A DNA stretch of 62,278 nt, filler included, from Choristocarpus tenellus KU-1152 (lineage: Eukaryota > Protista > Phaeophyceae), in assembly GCA_964200185.2 (NCBI GenBank). It is 7 parts of 7 records of this genome, joined end to end, with 100 filler letters (N's around TTAATTAATTAA, not from the genome) between each part and the next. Parts side by side here need not be neighbours in the genome. Positions count along the whole stretch, not along the records: positions 50,843 to 59,174 come from CAXNAD020004847.1; positions 59,275 to 62,278 come from CAXNAD020023002.1; 5 more parts are not named here. One strand, 5' to 3'. A model generated the notes under the pieces. It worked only from the letters and a program-made list of their open reading frames with translations. It had not been told where the DNA came from and did no database searches. The position numbers and the translations under genes are program-made. Positions 51,190 to 62,278 of this stretch are shown piece by piece. Numbering within the stretch: the first letter of the stretch is position 1; every line of letters begins with the position of its first letter.

Positions 51190-52032
51190 ACACAATACAG
51201 CCTATAATACCACTGTTCAAGAAACCCCATTTTTCCTCGTGTTTGAGGGACGCTCAATTTTACCAATTGATCTTATTTTGGGGGTCCCTGAGGCCGCCCC
51301 CATGAACGTACAAGAATACAGTACGAGAATAGTGGAGAATTTACAGCTAGCCTATGAATCAGCCTGGTTTAATATTGATTGGTGTGATGGCTCTAAGGAA
51401 CGAACTCTAAGAACTTGAACCATAAACTCTCACTATACGGAGATAAAGTGTGGTTTCACAAACCACATACTTCAGCTGATGCACCAAACCCCAAGCTATT
51501 GTCCCCATGGAGAGGACCTTAAGAAGTGAAGGCACGTATAACACCCGTTGTTTATCGCGTGAAGCGCTTGGAAGACCGACGTGAATTGACAGTTCATGTG
51601 GCAAGACTTAGACCCTATAAGGAAGGAACAGCCAGAGAACCTGACATCGATGCCCTTAATTCACTCTTTTTAGGTGGGGTATTACCCAAACCAAATCTTG
51701 ATGAGGGGTCAAAGACACAGCCAACTATTGGGTCTTACAATATAGAGAGCATTGTTGACTATAAGCGAGGAGTACGAAGAAAGACCACCCGCAATTATTC
51801 ATACCAGCTTCGCTTTCAGGGATATTCACCCGCCAATGATGTATGGCGCAAACCTGCTGAAATACCTGAATGTGCAGGGATGATCGCAGCCTATAGGGAT
51901 GAGAACAAGTTGGACCTCCCTAACGTAAGAGTCACTGACCAAGCGACTTGTCATAATCAAAAGACACCTGGCACTGCAACAGCCGAAGAACTTGTATTAC
52001 CGCCAACCGGACATCCACCTAATTGCAACTAA
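51190..52032 (+). mobile_element. Ty3/Gypsy (chromovirus-like) integrase C-terminus plus chromodomain, pseudogenised
   Basis: AYNTTVQETPFFLVF.GRSILPIDL; KLLSPWRGP*EV (GPY/F region with an in-frame stop); VYRV...TVHVARLRPY; chromodomain YNIESIVDYK...YQLRFQGYSPANDVW. Confidence 0.9.
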
Positions 52033-53433
52033 GCCTCCTCTAATACTTGTGATATCCCTCCTTGTGGACGGGAAAGTGCGATGAATGCCTCCGTACTAGT
52101 GGGTTGCCGACCTGGTGAGTTGCCACCATATTCCACAGGTAGAGAAGATGTTTCCTTTTCACTACCAAGATGGCGGAAGCAACGCTGATAAACTCTTGAT
52201 GACTATACCATGGCTCAGTCCAGGTACTATTTTAGAGCTAATCTATTAAACGACTTGAGTCTCTTGAGGTAGAAAAATTGCTCTCATCGAGAAACACAAA
52301 CACAGGTTGGTCCTATCTGTGAGAAACATGCATATTTTTTAAGTAAAATATTATACCCGAGGTAAAAAATATTTTGATCTGTTTAAAAAAACAATTGCGC
52401 ATATAACAACATATTTCTAGTCCAACTTTCTGGTTGTCTAAACACCTTGGAGGCAAGTTGTTGAAGAAGAGGTGAATAGTAAGGGATGGTGAGTCTTCCA
52501 ACCACCCTTGACACTACCCCCACAACACTCCCCAATAAATAACTTGATGTACCAAAGCTGTGGTGATACTGAGCTCCATCTACTCAGATCCCTGGGAGAC
52601 ATGTAGGAGACAGGCGTGTCCACGCCATTTTTTCTCACTGCACTTTCCACCCGTTAACACAGATTTCACTTGGGCTAGAATGCGACCTAGGGCTGATCAC
52701 CAGTAGTGCTCCACCTTTTCATTTTTCTTTGCCCTGAGTTGATTCGACCAGGATTTTTTTTTCCTCCCAAAGATGGACCTGTCCAACATGAAGTGCTGGC
52801 CAGCCACTTTTTTGTGTTCATGTTGGATAGAATCCACACTGTGGGGGGGTAATGTCAGGGACATGTTCCTTTTTTGCGATCTCCGAAACACACATTTGTG
52901 AATATAAGACGCTTGGTCATGTACATTTGCGCGCGCCAACTACGTCATTGGAACTCGCCCATACCCACCAGTTCATAATATCCAACCACACCCATAAGAT
53001 CCGGATTTGACCGAACAGCCCCAAAAGGACTGTCAGAACGAAGATCCATTCCGATTCTGACCGATCCATTTCTCTGCCTTGACATTGCTCAGTCATTCTG
53101 GGACATCTGTTGTGCTTTCAGGTTTTTATTCTGCTTTGGATTTCCTCAACTGATTCTGACATGTTGGGGCAAGACCTATGAAACCAGGTTTCACCCTTTA
53201 AGGTGGAAGAGTTCAGTCTGGTGATTGTGATTGCCCCCTTGTGCAGAGAGCTTTAGCGCCTTGACATTTCCACAATCCTGGTATTAAGTTTTTCCCTACC
53301 TTGTACAGCAAAAACTCTACGCTATTGCTATTGTGCTACGACAACAATGATTGGCCAGCTTCTGTCTATACTACTGTTCAGGACAATGAACCTATCCAAT
53401 TAAGATCTAGGCAAGTTTGGTTTTGCATACCCA

Positions 53434-53570
53434 AGTCATCTTTCTTACCCTATGCAATACACTCTATTTCGTTGCTTATTTGCACACAGTAGTCACCTTT
53501 CTTACCCTATGCAATACACTCTATTTCGTTGCTTATTTGCACACAGTAGTCACCTTTCTTACCCTAAGCA
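53434..53570. repeat. 57-bp tandem repeat, about 2.4 near-identical copies
   Basis: agtcacctttcttaccctatgcaatacactctatttcgttgcttatttgcacacagt repeated. Confidence 0.95.
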
Positions 53571-53573
53571 AAA

Positions 53574-53869
53574 CCTTTTCACACATAAATTGGCATCACA
53601 ATTTAGGAAAGGTTTTGCAATTGTGGGCCAACTCAAATTGAGAGGTAGGCAGGTTTAGACCTTTTCACATTCTAACTCGTCTTTCTTACGCTCTGTGGAA
53701 TATGATGCATTTCATTGCTTTATGTGCACAGTGTATGCAAAAATTATATCGCCAAAGTGACATCGCTTAATTCATTAAAAGTTCTTTCTGCAATTGTGTG
53801 CAAAACGGTCTCTTTTTGCCCTTTCTCGGTATCCTTAAAATGAAATCCTGTCTACCTCGTAGTTGGTTT
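53574..53869. repeat. Dispersed repeat family D copy, contiguous with the 57-bp tandem array
   Basis: tctttttgccctttctcggtatccttaaaatgaaatcctg; a degenerate extra 57-bp-like unit near 53678. Confidence 0.65.
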
Positions 53870-55528
53870 TACTTAATTCTGAACACCATGTACTTGACAA
53901 GTTTTTCTGTTGTTGGTGACAACAGCAACCAAAGTCCATTTTCTATACACGCAAACATTCCTGCCTTGTCATTTTAACCACTATAGTACAACACACACGA
54001 CAGTGCCAAATGTTTGAATGCAGAAGAATATACATTTATTCCGACACTGTTTACCACGATCAAGTTACACCTATGGACGCTGACTTGAAGGTTTTGCTTT
54101 TTCTTCAAAATCGATCCATTTTGTACACCCCTCAATAATTATCATTAAATTCATTCCACGGCAGATTTATAAAATTTTGAGAAAAATAATTCCTTTCACT
54201 GGTGCTATTAAGATTGCTGTTTGACTTTGGCATGATTTCTCTCTTGACCTCACTTGTTCAGCACATGATGCATTGTGCATTGTATGCTACCATACGTCTG
54301 CATGGTATTTTACCTTATCGCGTAGGAGAATTTACCTTTACGTTTAACATCCATTGACCAGGACAACAGGAAGACCCGTTATTGATCATACCTATCGTCA
54401 GGAGAATGCCTTGTTGACAATAATGCTAAATTAATTCAATTGTGTACGCGAGGGCTACATTGTTTAACACATGAATTACTCTCTGCACAGTGTGCACTTT
54501 TCTACCCTACAGATCTTGTTGGGAAAATGAGCCCACTATTAATAAGTCAATGCTAAAATAGTCTAGCCACATCTGGCTCTATTTCTCTGTCAACCCTGAC
54601 CGGATGGAAGCATCCTGTTTGCCTCAGCTGGCATTATCTACATCTATGTGAACCCAGCGCCTCCTTCGGTTGTTGTTGAACCATGTTGAGCTGTGTAGTT
54701 GCAGGAGTGGAGACAGGTGGAAAGGAAGGAGGGGACAACAAGTTCGCATTTTATGGACAGCAGGGATATTCAATGCAACTTGATTTGTGCAAATGAGGGG
54801 GGTAGGGGGAAGGTGGACAAACATTGCGTCAAGAGTGTCTCATCCTCATAGCCAGAGGTAAGGTATGGGATTTAGCATTTGATGATACCCTGCTGCAGAA
54901 GAAGCACTTCATACAGAACTATGTTTGCTGTATGAAAGGTATTGTTAAATATATTACTAACCAATAATGCTCACATTGATGAAGTAAGATTCAGAACAGC
55001 TATCACTATGATACTTCATCGAGTATTTCTATGATTCTATTGTATACACAAAATGGAAAAAAAGTCTGGTAGTAGGCAAGAACTGTGGCCTATTCATATA
55101 ATTGCGACTGTTGTGTAGTATGGTCGGCAAGCATGCAGGGTTCACTACACTAAGTGATCAGGATCGGACCACACACTACTGCCCTTGGCAATTTACGTCC
55201 AATCTTTTTCAGCTCACTACAAATTGTTTGATACCAAATATGTAACTTCCCGAAATGTTGTTGAGATTTTTTGAGGGGTAAAGTACAGGCGCTTTTTGGT
55301 GAGTACTTACAAATTATTTGAATCGAAAAGTGAGGATGCTAAAAGACTCGTGAAATACACAAATGAGCTTAAGTAATATTGCATACCAACTAAAGGCAAT
55401 GTATTATACCAAGAAGTATAGGCAGAAGACCCACTGCAGACTCTCTCACATTTGCTGGCAGGAGAGTCCAACGGCATTGGCAAGGCCCATCTTCTGCTCA
55501 TAATTGGGGTAGGGGTCAGACAAGTGGT

Positions 55529-55715
55529 CTAGGAACCATGCCTCGAGGATCTTGGTTGTCCTGAGTTCATACCTGGGTGAAAGGAATAGTTGAGGTGTCT
55601 AGTGCTTATCAAGGAAGAGAACCCATTACTACATCATATTTAGACATTTTTGTAGCCTAGGAATCGTGCCTTGAGGATCTTGGTTGTCTGCAGATCATGC
55701 CTGAGTGTAAGGAAC
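55529..55715. repeat. Diverged direct repeat of about 58 bp (period about 128 bp)
   Basis: ctaggaaccatgcctcgaggatcttggttgtc / ctaggaatcgtgccttgaggatcttggttgtc. Confidence 0.75.
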
Positions 55716-56987
55716 GTCAAGTTGACTAGTGTTTACTTAAATGAGGTCAATATCACGACTTCGCCAGAATACATAATTCTTTGAGTAGCAGCAGAGAGTG
55801 ATAAATAATAATGCAAGAATGATCCCACTTAAATGCCTTGATTCCATTTTGCTTCCTACATCAACTTGTAGTGAGGTGAGAAAAATGGCAGTCAACGATT
55901 TTCACTGGGGTCACTTACCCTTTCCTTCGAACTCCACGTCTACTTTGTTCCCCTTTCCCATGATTAGTTCCCTTGCCGTGGTCAGAGGAAGCAGGGTCGT
56001 ATTTTTTCCCGATTGCTTGCATGCTGTTACGTTCCTCATCATGCTCTATATAGATCCTTTTCTGAAACGTCTCCAGCATATCTGCAGTCATTTCGCCTTC
56101 CAATGTTGTGATCTCTTGGAGCTTCACGGCTTGGTCATTCAAGCACATGATAGCTTTCTGCACTGCTTCATTTTCTTATGTGAACAAGATAGAGCACAAT
56201 GCAATATTGTAGGAATGGCAGTGACCATGGGGTTAAGTCTCATCAGGATATGTTGGTATTTCTTTTATTAATAATTTGCCTTGAACCCCCCCTATTGCAA
56301 GCATCCAGTACCACATTGATGAAGTCGTTGCTATTCATCACACAGGTTGAAAATAGGTCCACAAGTAGAAAACAACTTTATAATTTTTCTTCACCAAGTG
56401 CAGCCTGGGAAAGGGCACTTTATACTATTGGATGAGTATAGTGACACAGGAGTGATATTGTCCGAAATAGAGTCTCAGGTGCGTCATCAAGAAGAGACCG
56501 GTGCAATAACTCAGAGAGGAACGTCAAGTAAGAATCCTATTGCAGTACTGATTGAAGTACTTCAAACTAATTGTCGCAATTTGGTGAGGTGGGGTCTGAC
56601 AGACTAGAGGATTCATTTCTCACGCTTGGGGTGCCTTGGTGCTATTCACCCGTATGTATAGTATGATTCTTGTTCAACAAGACCGTGCAACTACCGTAGC
56701 ACCACAAACATCATCATTGTGAAGCAAAGTGTTTGTCTTAAGGAATAGATCCCTAGAACGACTAGCACGATGCAGTCGCACAATTAGCTCATAGATTATT
56801 GTTCCCCGGCAACCTCTATCCAAAATGTCATAGACATACTACATATTTTAACGTATAGCACACTGACCAACAGAGAGGAGTAGCGTACGGGAAAAAGGGA
56901 ATGATGATGCCCTGTGGTCTTGCTTGAGGTCAGCACCAGTCAAAACAACAGCGGAAGTAAACAAGCTTGACTGACTCAGGGACTCAC

Positions 56988-57889
56988 CAGTGAAGCCCAC
57001 GGTATCTTGTTGGCCCAACGAAATCTCTCTCCCCTGACTGTAGTTGAATTCGATTATCTGTGGTGGTGACCGAGGACAAGGAGGATAGATTTAGGGGTTG
57101 TATTGCAATGCAGTTGGGTCTCGATTCATGTTTCTCTCCAGAATGTCTGCTGATCTTGCTCCATTAAGCAACTCATTCTGAAGTTGTTACGCCTTGTGCA
57201 CCTATAGTTCCAAGTCAGAGGTATAGACCAGGTCTGTGTATTCCCTCCACGCGAAAGGAATCATGTACGACTATCGTTACTCTCTGTTCCTTTTTCCTGA
57301 CTTCGACCCAAACCCTTGCCACAGTCCCTCTGTCCATGGGAGAAGAACCAAACACCCAACTTGTTCCTTACGACTAGTGTTACTTGATAGGACGACTCAA
57401 ACACAAACCTTGGTCAAGGAACAGAGGGCATCGTCGCGTGTCACTTCGGGATTTACATTAGGGAAGCGCCGATCTTTGAATACTGCCAGCGCCTGGATTT
57501 GAAATGCACATGCAAGGGCCAGATTCTGAATAGTAGAAAACGTTGCGCATGTCCGTGTTTTTGACAAAAAACAGGCGAGTATATAGATATAATGCGACTA
57601 AAACCTGCTGCGTATAGGTGATTGGAGCTCTCTTTTAGGACCTATAATATAGATTGGGGAGTATGCAAGGCACATCCAGTTGGCTTACGTGTGGAAGAAC
57701 TAAATAGGTTTCGAACATGCAGCTACCTGAAGGAAGCACGGAAATCGAGCATTCCGCACGGAGTCATCACATGGATGATAAGCCCCATTTTGTTTTAGTC
57801 GATGGCGCTTGGCGATTACCATAACTCCATAACCAGTTCGTTGGTTGAGTGCTACCAGTTCGTCAGTCTTCCTCTGCCCTTCACAACTG
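56988..57889 (-). CDS. Partial spliced gene of unknown function (three internal exons)
   Basis: Exons 57889-57727, 57492-57409 and 57057-56988 have canonical AG/GT sites (last donor g|gtgagt) and join in frame: ...RFPCFLQ|ALAVFKDRRFPNVNPEVTRDDALCSLTK|IIEFNYSQGREISLGQQDTVGFT. Confidence 0.5.
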
Positions 57890-58365
57890 CTACAAAAAGT
57901 TGTGAGGTAAAATGTTACAGATCGTGTTGCCAACTCACCGATCTTTAACTCTCTCTGTCACAGTGTAGACAGGAAAGGGTGCCAACCCCGAACAACCCTG
58001 TTCTGAAGAGTGGAGTGATTTAAACAACAAACAATCGAATGATGACAACTTCTGGTCTCTGAGTGATCAAAAATTGATTTCATCACCTCTCAAAATGATC
58101 CTCCAACTGCTTTGTTGATTTTGTGCCTCGGTACATACTACAGAGGGCAACATTCCTAAAGAACATAAGTACATAAAACACAAAAGAACTATTATTGTTA
58201 TAGTGTTCACAATCGGGATTTCCTCTCACGAAGTAGTACAGTAGTTTCTACATCACAACAATCTCGGAATCATATCCTACCTTACTCTATCTGTCGTAAA
58301 CGGGGTTTGACAGTTCCTTTTCCTACTATAACCTCCCAGCCCTCTCCCTCCTATTGCGTGTGTAC

Positions 58366-58570
58366 CTAACTCATCCAGAAACTTTCTGCTTGCTTACCGA
58401 AACGCCCAAAACTTTCCACCACGAAGGTGTTGAGGTTGTAACTACGAGGATCAAAAGCACCGTCGTAGTGGGTGCGCCTCAGCTGCAGTAGCACCTCACC
58501 ATTGTTGGTGGATGAGCGTGGCAGATGGGAGGCTGCTTGGACTTCTGCAAACATAACATCCAGAAGGGGG
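58366..58570 (-). mobile_element. Non-LTR retrotransposon restriction-like endonuclease remnant (CRE/R2-type)
   Basis: QAASHLPRSSTNNG...HYDGAFDPRSYNLNTFVVESFGRFGKQAESF matches the RLE tail pattern K..Y......F.P...E..G..G..A. Confidence 0.7.
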
Positions 58571-58620
58571 CCTTTGTCCCAGTAAGGAGCTGATCCAGCG
58601 TCCGCAAGTGACTCATATTT

Positions 58621-58877
58621 GACTCAAAAGATTTAAGAGGGTAGGAGTTTTGCCCTGTTTGTCCGTTCATGGCTTGGCTTTGCACAGGTTTTATGCCCTT
58701 GATCAATTTTTGTGTTGAAACACAATTATGTAAAAATGTATACAACTATGAAAGTTAAGTGTGAAGCAAGGATATTGGCAGTTACTAACAAACAATTAGC
58801 GAAAATTCATCAAAATCGCAACATTGCATTTATGTTCCCGAACGAACACATCCCTACCCTCTTTAATACTTACACTC
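58621..58877. mobile_element. MITE family B copy (most diverged)
   Basis: gactcaaaagatttaagaggggtaggagttttgccctgtttgtccgtt ... taccctctttaatacttacactc; flanks TTT/TTT. Confidence 0.75.
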
Positions 58878-59274
58878 TTTTGTTATTGTCTGACGGTATA
58901 TTATTCTTCATATTCATGATGTTGTCATTACTACTATTTATTATATTTTATTATTATGCCCTCTGACATTTTGCAGATGTGTCCGGGGGGAAACCAATGA
59001 AAACTATATATATGTGGTTATTAGCCCTAAAGAAACAAAATATCCTAAACATAAGAACACTCTAAGACATTGTATTGTAAGTGTGGAAACCACTAATCAG
59101 TTACTTCACCACCATCAAATATTATACTACTGTCTTCCTTATCTTCCCATCTACCTACTCCTGTGCCCCGGGGGNNNNNNNNNNNNNNNNNNNNNNNNNN
59201 NNNNNNNNNNNNNNNNNNTTAATTAATTAANNNNNNNNNNNNNNNNNNNNNNNNNNNNNNNNNNNNNNNNNNNN

Positions 59275-61298
59275 GAGGGCTGGACCTCCCTGTTGTCCCC
59301 ACCCCCCCCCCCGCAGTCGAAGGATAGCCCTTGCCACCACTGCCTCGACCAGCACCTGAACTGAAGCTGTTGATTCCAGTCTGCCCTGTTGCTGCTGCTG
59401 CCGATACTGAGGCTGTTGTTGTCCCTGCTCCCACCATTTCTCCCCCTCCTGCACCACTCACTGGTACCGTCCCTGCCCCTGGAGTCCCCATACCCCCAAG
59501 CGTATTGCATCCCTGTGGACCAGGACCTGGATGTCGGGTGTGCCAGGTACCTGACACGGCAGCAGTAGCTCCTTCTTCCACTTTTATTCCCATGTCAGTC
59601 CCAGGAGAAGCCCCATTTCCACTCTTGATCCCAGCTCCTGTGCCAGGCAAAGCATCAATCTTCCCAGGTACCGTACCTACTATCCTGATACCTGTCCCAT
59701 TTCCATTCCCAGGAGAAGAACCAGGTCCTGTCTTCCCCACAGCTGTGGTTGTTGCCCCAGCCCCACCCACTTCCATGGGAATGGTCCCAACCCTTCCTCC
59801 AGAGTCAGCACCAGGAGCCCCACCTGTTCCAGTGGAAGTCTGGCTTACAGAGGATGAGGACTGCTGTATCTCACCTGGGATAGAGGGCACAACACTGGGG
59901 TTGGGAATGCTTGGGCTTCTGGTTGAGGGATCTGTCCCCTGGTCAGGTCTGACCTCAGGCACGATTGCAACCTGAGCAACCTCAGTAGGCACAGCTGGAT
60001 GTGTACAAATGAGGTGGCATGAGCAAAGAAGTTGGTGGGGAGGATGAAAACAAGGTTGGAAGATTGTGTGTCTTTGCAAATTTGAAGGTGCCCTCCGTGG
60101 TGCAGTACTTCAGTTACGTTCAGAGGCACAACTGTGAATGGTTAGAAATGATGTATGTGCAAACAACACAAAGGAGAGTAAACTTCAACCAATTGCAGAA
60201 AAGGGTGTAACTAATGAATTGCACTAAGTTCCTGTGTTCATTCACTACTGTACTTGTGGTAAGTGATGTTCCTAATGTGGGTGTGTGACTCAAGCCGGCA
60301 TCTTCCACTCCTATCAACTCCAACTAGAGAAGTGATACCCCAAAATGGGTATATTTAAGCCTACCTGGTGGGCTATTGGGTCGAGACCTTTTCGCTGGGG
60401 GCATTGGGGCCCCTCCCTGCTCGGACGCCATCTTCGCCCCAACCAGGGTCACACCAGCCGCTGCTCTTATCCTCTCGTGCTCATGCTGGCAACCTTGCAA
60501 TATGGCAGGGGAACGAAGTCCACCCTGAGGGAGAGCAGGGGCACTTCCAGGACTGTCAGCTACTCTTCCGTCACTGGTTGCACCTCCGTTCGTGCTTGCT
60601 ACCCCAGCCTGCATAGGAACATTATGCAGGGCTAGAACAGGACCACCAGTCCCTACGGTAGTCGCACTGCACCCTGTCTGGACGTCGATTCTCTCAGCTA
60701 CTGCATTGTTGCTATCCAATCTTCCTACTGTACTTATCCCTTGGGGTGTGGGCTCCTTGTTCGCGACCAGCGATTGATCCACTGTCAGGGTCTCAACTAC
60801 AGAGACGTCGCGGTCGCCCCCTCCAACAGTCTCCCCTGTCATATCTCGTTCGACGGTCCCAACCCTTGTCAAACCTATTGCCCCCTTGTCGCTATTGGAT
60901 TGCAGTGGTTTATGAGCAGGGGCTGCCACTATTGTCGTGGTAGGCGCGGAATCCTCCTGTGCTTGCTTGTTGGGTCTTACATTCGATGCGTTCTCCGTCA
61001 CCTCATCTGTCATTGCCGCAGGGCGTACTGTGACTGGCGCGACAGTTTCAGCGGCTTCGGTTTCGGGGTGTGAAGCAATTACTATCTTGAGTTGAGTTGA
61101 AGCGGAGTCGGCACCCCCTCCCTTCATTGTTGCCTGCACGCCAGGAGAGGTGCCTGCTGGAGGAGGACGCTGGGCAGATCCTCCTCCTGCATCGGTTCTA
61201 TCTCCAGGCCCATCACTTGCTGAGTAAGTCTTGGTTGCGGTAGTATCCACGCTAGCATTATTGCCAGCAACAGTCACCGCTACCGTTGTACCTGGCAT
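59275..61298 (-). CDS. Partial gene for a Gly/Thr/Ala/Pro-rich, probably disordered protein (two large exons)
   Basis: Exon about 61298/61291-60365 (donor ccag|gtaggc) joins in phase 1 to an exon running from 59994 to the linker (acceptor catccag|). NLS-like PPAKRSR. Small upstream exons near 61500-61875 are possible; the 3' end is lost at the linker. Confidence 0.6.
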
Positions 61299-62095
61299 TC
61301 AGTAACCTTGGCAACCTCGGATCGCTGCCAATTGAGATCTCCACCCCATCAAACGCTGATGGACATGACGCTGGCATCAAAGAGCTTTCCAAGAACAAAG
61401 CAGAGACTTCACAAATACATTGCAGGGTTTTCAGTCCTCACTGCCTTCCTGACCAGGAAACAGGTTGCAAGCACTGTCATGAGACGTTTTCAAACAGGGG
61501 GTGAGTAGACTTGAAGTAGAGTTGATGGAGCGGGTAGCAGCAATGACATGGAAGTGGGAGAGCAACATAGCCCGAAGAAGTAGTAGCTTTCTTACTCGTA
61601 ATTTGAATATTGTCGAGGAAAGCGTGGTCACTGCAGGATATCTGCGACGATGACGACGTGATACTGTGAACTGTAGTTCCTCTCTCCCGCGAAAGTCGAT
61701 TCAAAGTACTTTCTACAAGGATTGGAAAGCAAATGTGGACGGAACAAAATGAGATAAGGTCATAGACTATAAAAAATTTAACCTGAATGTGCAATGGAAG
61801 ATATCCACCCGACACTTCCTCCGTGTCCCCCAACCTGTTACTGAAGGGCTTCACCTCATCGCTATCAATCGACATTGGTGATCATGACAACATGACAAAC
61901 CCTAACACTTTTATTATGTCCAGAAAACGATATTGATATTTGTGTATGTTGCCATTCCCACAAAGTATTAAATGTAAAATATAATTTCTCCTGCTCAACT
62001 TCATATTGGTTATTGTATTGAGAATTATTTTTTGTTCCATCCCTAACCTCGTAGTAGTGGCACTCTTACTTCTTATTTTGAGTGAAGAGCCTCTC

Positions 62096-62278
62096 ACCAA
62101 AATTGAGGATCGAGCATACTATGGAGGATGGGTTTAAACCAAAACGGTGCGCGGAAAGTGCCCATATGTTTTTTTTGTAAATGTTGCGGCCCTTTTTAAA
62201 GGGCCCCTTTTTGAATGGGATATATTTTGTTCAAAAATATTTCGGTGCTTGTGGAGGGCACTGCTACGATTTGGAAGC
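62096..62278. repeat. Family C repeat copy at the window edge
   Basis: aaaattgaggatcgagc...atggaggatg...tcaaaaatatttcggtgcttgtggagggcactgctacgatttggaagc. Confidence 0.75.

Noticed and set aside
53434-53570. 57-bp repeats as a CRISPR array
   Set aside because: Contiguous tandem copies without unique spacers, no cas genes, eukaryotic context
55915-56350. Possible copia gag-like remnant
   Set aside because: Only vague helical, charged character; no zinc knuckle or other diagnostic motif
59331-59975. 214-aa Pro-rich plus-strand ORF
   Set aside because: Antisense shadow of the Gly-rich minus-strand exon, which has the splice support

Overview
Eukaryotic, intron-rich draft-assembly DNA. It is most consistent with a brown alga or a close ochrophyte relative, but this is inferred from intron style and transposon protein motifs, not proven. 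The window is at least seven contigs joined by artificial 100-bp linkers (N44-TTAATTAATTAA-N44), so adjacency across linkers is unreliable. I reconstructed by hand a complete 22-exon Hrq1/RecQ4-like DEAH helicase gene (5527-22818, +, about 1563 aa). It has two GC-AG introns, five AAG acceptors and a roughly 300-aa low-complexity insert. Other genes are an intronless secreted two-domain expansin-like (EXLX-type) gene (32239-31643, -), a 5'-truncated Cys-rich single-pass membrane protein gene (33101-37840, +), a C2-domain gene (starts at 41291, -) and two partial minus-strand gene fragments near the right end. Intergenic DNA holds decayed DIRS/Ngaro, CRE-like RLE non-LTR, Ty1/copia, chromodomain Ty3/Gypsy and Tc1/IS630-like elements. 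It also holds several MITE-like families; two of these have unrelated interiors but share a terminal motif and 3-bp target-site duplications. I found no convincing multi-gene novel system. The best leads are the expansin-like gene, the paired MITE families and the permissive splice-site usage.
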